Assembly (NCBI RefSeq): GCF_009914755.1
Contig: NC_060947.1
Direction: 5' to 3' (one strand)
Length of the DNA stretch: 64,000 bases
Source of the DNA: the human T2T-CHM13v2.0 reference genome, Homo sapiens
Shown here: positions 58,032 to 64,000 of the stretch, piece by piece
Layout of the letters: each line of letters opens with the position of its first letter
How positions within the stretch are numbered: position 1 is the first letter of the stretch
Position numbers and translations under genes: made by a program
The notes under the pieces: model-generated
The model's input: the letters and a program-made list of their open reading frames with translations, nothing else
Database searches by the model: none
What the model was told of the DNA's origin: nothing

Positions 58032-61000
58032 CTAAGACCATAGAAAAAATAATAAAGATAAAAGCAAAAGCAGAATTTAATGAACTAGAAAAGAGACACA
58101 GAGTAATACAGGGCAATAATGCCTACATGTCTGCTTCTTGTAAGACCAATGAACCTAATGAGCTTTTACCAAGACAAGGAAAAACGGGAGAAGGTACAAG
58201 TAAACAACAAACACTAGGAATGAAAAAGCAGACATAATTACAGATGTTGCAAATGTATAAACTATAACATGAACAACTTTATGCTAGTCAGACAAAATGG
58301 ACAAATTCCTAGAAAAAAAAATTTAACAGCTTACAGTAGCCCAAGCAGGTGCAGGGAAAATAAAAATAGGTTTAGATGTGTCTGCGTGTACATAGAACAC
58401 CTCAAAAGACACAGACAAGACCCTGGATGCAGCCGTTCCCTGAAGAGAGGCCTAGGCAGCTGGGAGACCAGGGCAGCAGGGACACTCAGACCTTGCATCA
58501 CTCTGGAGTTTGCACTTCCTGAATTGTGAAGCATGCACATGTCTCACTTATGCAACAGTGAATCCAAACGTGCCTGTATACAAGGAAAGGCCTCACCTGG
58601 CTGCGCCGTGGAGGCTGGCCTGGCGTGTGGAGCAGGCAGAACATTAGCAAGCTACCGAGCAGGTGCAGGTATGAACATCAGCTGACGCTGGCTCTTTGCT
58701 TTCTTTTTAATCTTGACAAATTTGGTAGGTGAAAAGGCATCATTTTTGTTCTCGTTTGCATCTCTTTGATTACCAGCAGGCAGAACTCTTTTCCTATCTT
58801 CATTGGCCATCTGTATCTCTTCTTTTATGAATTTCCTGTTCATAGTCTTTGTTCATTAGTGGTGACTAGTGGTAAGTTAGCAATAAGAACTGTTTGCATT
58901 CAAGTCTAGACTGAGAAGGAAATTAAAAAATCTGCCCATGTATTCTCACAATAAATGACTACTGACTAGCCTGAGATAATTGTACCCACTGCCCAGTCAC
59001 AGGCATTAAGCCTAGGATGATTCATTTCAGACTTGTCCCTGACCTTCCTCATACCCTTTCCAGAAGGGCCCCTTGAGCTGCTATGATACTCCTAAATCAC
59101 TATCCCATTACCCAAATGATGGAGAGCCAATCAAAAGCTTAGACCAGGACGCTTTCCCAAATTATGTCCCAATACCTTCACAATGATCACTTTATATACA
59201 ATCTCACTGAATGCTCAGCAACACACGAGAGCAATGTTTAACTGAGGGCAACACTGAGGCTCAAGGAGGGCAAGTGACTTGATTGCTGAGGTCACCTGCT
59301 AGGTGCAAGAGCTGAGAATTAATCCCAAGGCTACCTGGCTCAAAAAGCCTAAGCTCATCTACTATACTTGAGGCGAAATCATGAAAGTGTGTTTTTACCT
59401 TGCCCAGACCCTGCACACTGCATCAAGGTCCTGAGTTTCAAGCAACAGAAATCAACTCTGGTTAAATTCAATCACAAAGGAGTTCTTGGGCAGCAGATCT
59501 GGAAATGGAGAGAGAACTAGAGAACTAGGCTCAGAAAAGCAGCAGGAATAGAGGCTGCACCACTGCAAACACAGCCAAGGTTATACTGCAGGGACCTGCT
59601 GGTTGGGACACCCACCCTGGGCACTGTTGCATGTCATCACTGGACATTAGCCACCACTGCTGGTTTTGTGACTCAACTGCCACCACCATGACTAATCCCT
59701 CACTGTCCCTCAAGAGTCAAAGTCCCTGAAGGCAGAATGGGTTTGGCCAAACCTAGGCTTCATCGCCATCCCCTAGTTTCCAGAGAGCAAGGGGAGGGAA
59801 TATATCCATTCCCCTGTGGCAGGCACTGCCAGTTGTCCCCCAACATCCATGTTCTCCATCTGCCTTACTAATGAGACCCTGCGCTCAGCTAAGGAGAGTT
59901 ATTCCCCGCTTCCCAGCAGACCATGGGACTACGTTATGGCTAAGGAGACAGTGGCCGAGTGCACTCCTGTTCATCGTTCTCTTTCAAGCTTGCTCTTGTT
60001 CTACTGACTATGGGCGGAGCACACCTCCCACCCACTGACTCTGGGCTTGCTCACGTGTTGATGGGATGGGGGAAGAAGAGGCTTTAAGAGGCTTCTGTGA
60101 CTCTGCTCACTCCTCTTGGACTCCTGACCTCCGCCTACGAAGAGACTTCCCCTGGCAGCTGCTTCTCCCTCCTGGGTCCTGGAACGACAGGCTTGAGAAC
60201 AGATCTGAATCCCATCTTGCAGCTGACCCAGACCCATGTGTGAGAAATAATAATTGCTGTTATAGCTACTGAGCTGCTGGTGCTGTTTGTTCCCTAGGAC
60301 AAGATGATGGGTGTGAAGATGGAAATGGAAATATTGAATGGGCCTAGAAGTTAAGATGTCAAGTGCCATTTTGCCTTTCCCCTATGACCTCTTTCTTCCT
60401 ACCTGGAGGAGTGGATGCAATGACTAGAGCAGCAACCGTCATCTCACAACCAAGAGGCAATCTTGAGAAATGGAAGACACCCACTGAGGGGCCCTGGGTC
60501 CTGGATCCTTACAAAGCCACTGCAGTGGTCATGGACAGCATGAGAAGGAAGTACACCACAGGCCCCCAACCCCATCTTCAGGTTTTCTTAGGTAGAAACT
60601 AGGGTCCACCTGCCTCTTACTAAGATATACACAATGGGGAGACTTTTAACACAAAAAAAGGTATGAAGATGGTCAGAAGCCAAAAAAGCAACAAAATGTT
60701 CATGATATGCCGTATGTGGGGTTTACTCACTACACTGCTTTTCCACCGAGTTAGCATAATCACTATAACTCAACCCATTGAAAAAATGACAAAACAGATT
60801 CTGAGATTCTCTTCCTATTTCTGTTAGCTAAAAAAGCAGCCTTTGAATTGTTTATAAGTGAATTCAAGAGATAAAAATAAACCCAGATAATTCAGAATGT
60901 ACTGAGTACAACACATATGCCTTCTATGTGATAAGCTCCCAGCATTATTTATTCAAAGAAAACTTGCCTTGTTGCAAAAATATAAAAAAACTTAAAAAAA

Positions 61001-62082
61001 AAAAACAAGTAATTACACAACACACCACCTCCTACAACACCAGATTCCTTTTCTTTCCTTTGTAACCTGACCAGAAGAAAAACAAAACATTGTTCAAATT
61101 GCTGAGACCCACAAAGTTCAATTAGAGCATAAAAAATGCTCTCCCAAAATATAGCTACTAGCAGGGAAATGAGCAGGCTAAGCCTCCTGGTGAACCTGGA
61201 CATTGGGCACAAGTAACAGGCACATTTAGACACCAACGACCAGATTCCACATGACTGAATCCAGAAACCCTGCCCCTTCCCATTCCCTTGGAGATCCAGG
61301 GGGACGCCATCAATTGCTCACTCCTTCTCCTTACACATACAGTTAGGGGTGCTATACTATACAGGGGAAGGCGTGAGGAAGTCACACATGCTTTGGTGTT
61401 CAAGAAGCTCATAAAGCCATTAGGGAAAGAGCAACATGCCAGAAAGCAGTTGTCTCTTCTGGCTACAGAGGTTGCAAAAGACGTCTGCAAGGGTCAGTGA
61501 GGGCCCAAAGGAGTAGTAACCAAGGCCCTGAAGCCTGCCTGGGAGCTGAGGTGGGCAGTATCAGCCTCTTCTCAATAATCAGTTCCTAAGGTTCCATCCG
61601 AGAAAGTAGAAAACCACAGAGGCCATTCTCATGGGTACTTTAAGCAGTACATCTGTTGGCAAAACACAAATGTTGTTACACAAATACTAAGCCACAGATT
61701 GCAAAGGCACCTGACAGCCTTTAAAATTCATTTCTCTTGTTTCGCAAAGCTGCACTGGGAAACTGTGCTGTTAAATTCTACACTCATAAAGGAGGTATGT
61801 TTTAAAAGAGGGGCAAATATGTGGGTGCTATTTAGACTCTCATTGATTTGTTCCATGTTTTCAGATAACTACACACCCCTCCGCCCCCGCCAAAGTAACT
61901 CAATCTCCACATATTTGCCTTTATATGTACCTTCTAACTCATGACTATGGCTTTGATTATCTCATAAACAATATTGTTCCTGTTAGCCATGGAGAAGCTA
62001 AGGAGCCAACAGCAGAGCAGGCTGCATGTTCTTCTGTCCCTCTTATAAGACAAAACCTTAGAGCAATGTCCCACTGCAGAAT

Positions 62083-64000
62083 TTATTTGTTAATTCACTC
62101 AATAAATTAAAATATGCATGATTCTAGGCACTGGGGATATATTGAGGAAGAGGCAAAAAAAAAAATCTCTGTCCTCATGGGACTCAGATTCTATAGGGGT
62201 GGGGAGAGGGAGGGAGGGGAAGGGAGTGGGAGAGCACAAACAAAACCAAGCAGTAACACAGCTTGTGGCAGATGGTGACAAGTCCTATGCTAGGCAGGGG
62301 GAACTGGTGGGGCAGAGGCAGGCTGCCTGACTTACAGACATGGGTGTGCTCGGGGAAGGCCACATTGGGAAGGTGACACTTGAGCAGACATGTGTGATAC
62401 CTGGGACAGAGGGCAGAGGAGAGGTCAAGGCCTTGAGGCAGGGGCATACTTGGAGGGTCCAGGGAGGAGCCAGGAGGCCAGTGAGGCCGCAGTGCATGAG
62501 TGGTGGGAGAGTGGCAAGAGAGGTGATCCTGTTGGGCTGTGACTCTGAGCAAGCAGGGACCCACTGGAGGGTTCTGAACAGAAGAGCACAATATTGCAGG
62601 ACTAAACAAAGAACCAGGGGGCAAGGGCAGAGGCAGGGAAGCTGGACACCTGGACCAGGGTGGGGGCCGTGGAGGCAGGGGAACTCATGAGATTTTGTAT
62701 CCATCTTGCAGGTGGAGTAACAGTATTTGTGAACAAATGAGGTAACCAGCGCCAGGTTTCTGGCCTGAGGAGCAGGAGTTGGAGTTGCTGTTTACTGGAA
62801 AGGAGAAGACCAGGGAAAGAGAAGGTCTAGGGAGGATAAGGAGTTCCCGTGACCCAGTCAGCCTGGAGACATAAATTTGGGAGCCATGAGGCTGGACGGA
62901 ATCACTTCGGGAGTGAGGGTGGAGAAGAAAAGCCTGAACCTGAGGCCTTCCAACATCACATGCGAAACAGAAAAGACCGAGGAGGACAGACATTCACACA
63001 CTCACCTAGGACTTCCTGAGGACCCACAGACACCAGGCACTGTTCTAGGAGCTTGAGCTACATCTGTGAATCAAGGAGACAATCCTGTCCTGTGGAGCTT
63101 CTGCTCCAGCAGGGGTGACAGCTAAGATAAGCACAGTCAGTCATGTATTCAGCTAGAAAGAGACAAAAGCTGTGGTTTGCACTGAGAAGGTGCACATCAG
63201 TGCAGAGACTCAAGGGAGGGAAAGGATTGTCTCGTATGGGTATTGGGGTTAACTGACGACGACAGCTCTGGGAAAAGAAGTGACAAGCAGCTCCCAGATT
63301 TAACAACATGAAGGTCATCACTGGAGACCTCATGGAGCAGCTTGGCAGAGCTGTGGCAGCAAAGGAACAACTGGAGAAGGTTGAAGAGGGTGTGGAGACA
63401 GGGACTGGAGTCTTGCTGGTAAAGGAAAACAGAGATGCTAGACAGGTGGGGGGTTGGGAGCAGCTTTTGTCAAGGTGGGAGAAGTAGCAACAAGTTTCTA
63501 GGGCAGGCGAGGGAGGAATCTCTGATGGGGGAGAGTGCAGTAGAGGACTGGAGAGATGCCTTAGAACAGGAGTGAGGGCCTGGGACAGGCGCTCCGTGAC
63601 AGCATGAGGGAGGCAGAGCGAAGGAGTAGACGCTGGCCTGTAGACACTCTCTTGAGCTTGCTTCTGTGCTCTCTGGGAACTAAGATATCAGCTGCAAGGA
63701 GGTGTGACAGCTGATGAGGAGGGTGGGAGGGGCTAGGAGAGACCGGGGAACTGCAGTATGCAGGTGGGCTTGGCGGCAAGAAGTTTACCTGGGGTAGACA
63801 TGAACTTAAAGGGGGAATCAATGAAGGAGTCACATTCAGCTTCAGGACGGAGCAGGCATGGGGCAGACATGACTGAATTTCATGAGGCTGGGGCTTTGTC
63901 GACTGAATATAACAAAGCAAGAAAGTGCCGAAGGGCTGAGGTAGTGTGCCAGGGAGTAACGACGTCTGACTGGCACTGAAGCTACAAAGGAGAGGAATAA
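62083..64000 (-). mobile_element. L2 LINE remnants
   Basis: atttatttgttaattcactcaataaa...ctaggcactggggatata...ctctgtcctcatgg (L2 3' end) and a purine-rich body. Confidence 0.65.

Overview
Human Xq28 genomic DNA, Alu-rich, with two genes in tandem on the minus strand. (1) IRAK1 is complete: 14 coding exons traced by GT-AG boundaries (ATG 21493 to TGA 13546, 2139 nt, 712 aa). It has an Alu-containing 3'UTR, tandem miR-146 sites and a CpG-island promoter overlapping MIR718. (2) The 3' part of MECP2 is present: exon 3 (33888-34238), exon 4 CDS (32048-33131), the ~8.5 kb 3'UTR ending near 23495, and ~30 kb of repeat-rich intron 2; exons 1-2 lie beyond the window. The haplotype encodes IRAK1 Ser196/Leu532, and the four MECP2 hotspot codons checked at base level are wild type. 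The rest is Alu, L1, L2, MIR, MaLR and MER repeats; repeat boundaries are approximate and subfamily calls are from recognition, not a database search. I see no evidence of a wholly new system. The best leads are a TSD-flanked retroposed LTR 3' end that duplicated a kappaB-like site, paired CTCF motifs next to skippable IRAK1 exon 11, an overlapping uORF starting inside MIR718, two in-frame stop-free IRAK1 introns, and a weak MECP2 terminal poly(A) signal ~1.9 kb upstream of the IRAK1 promoter.
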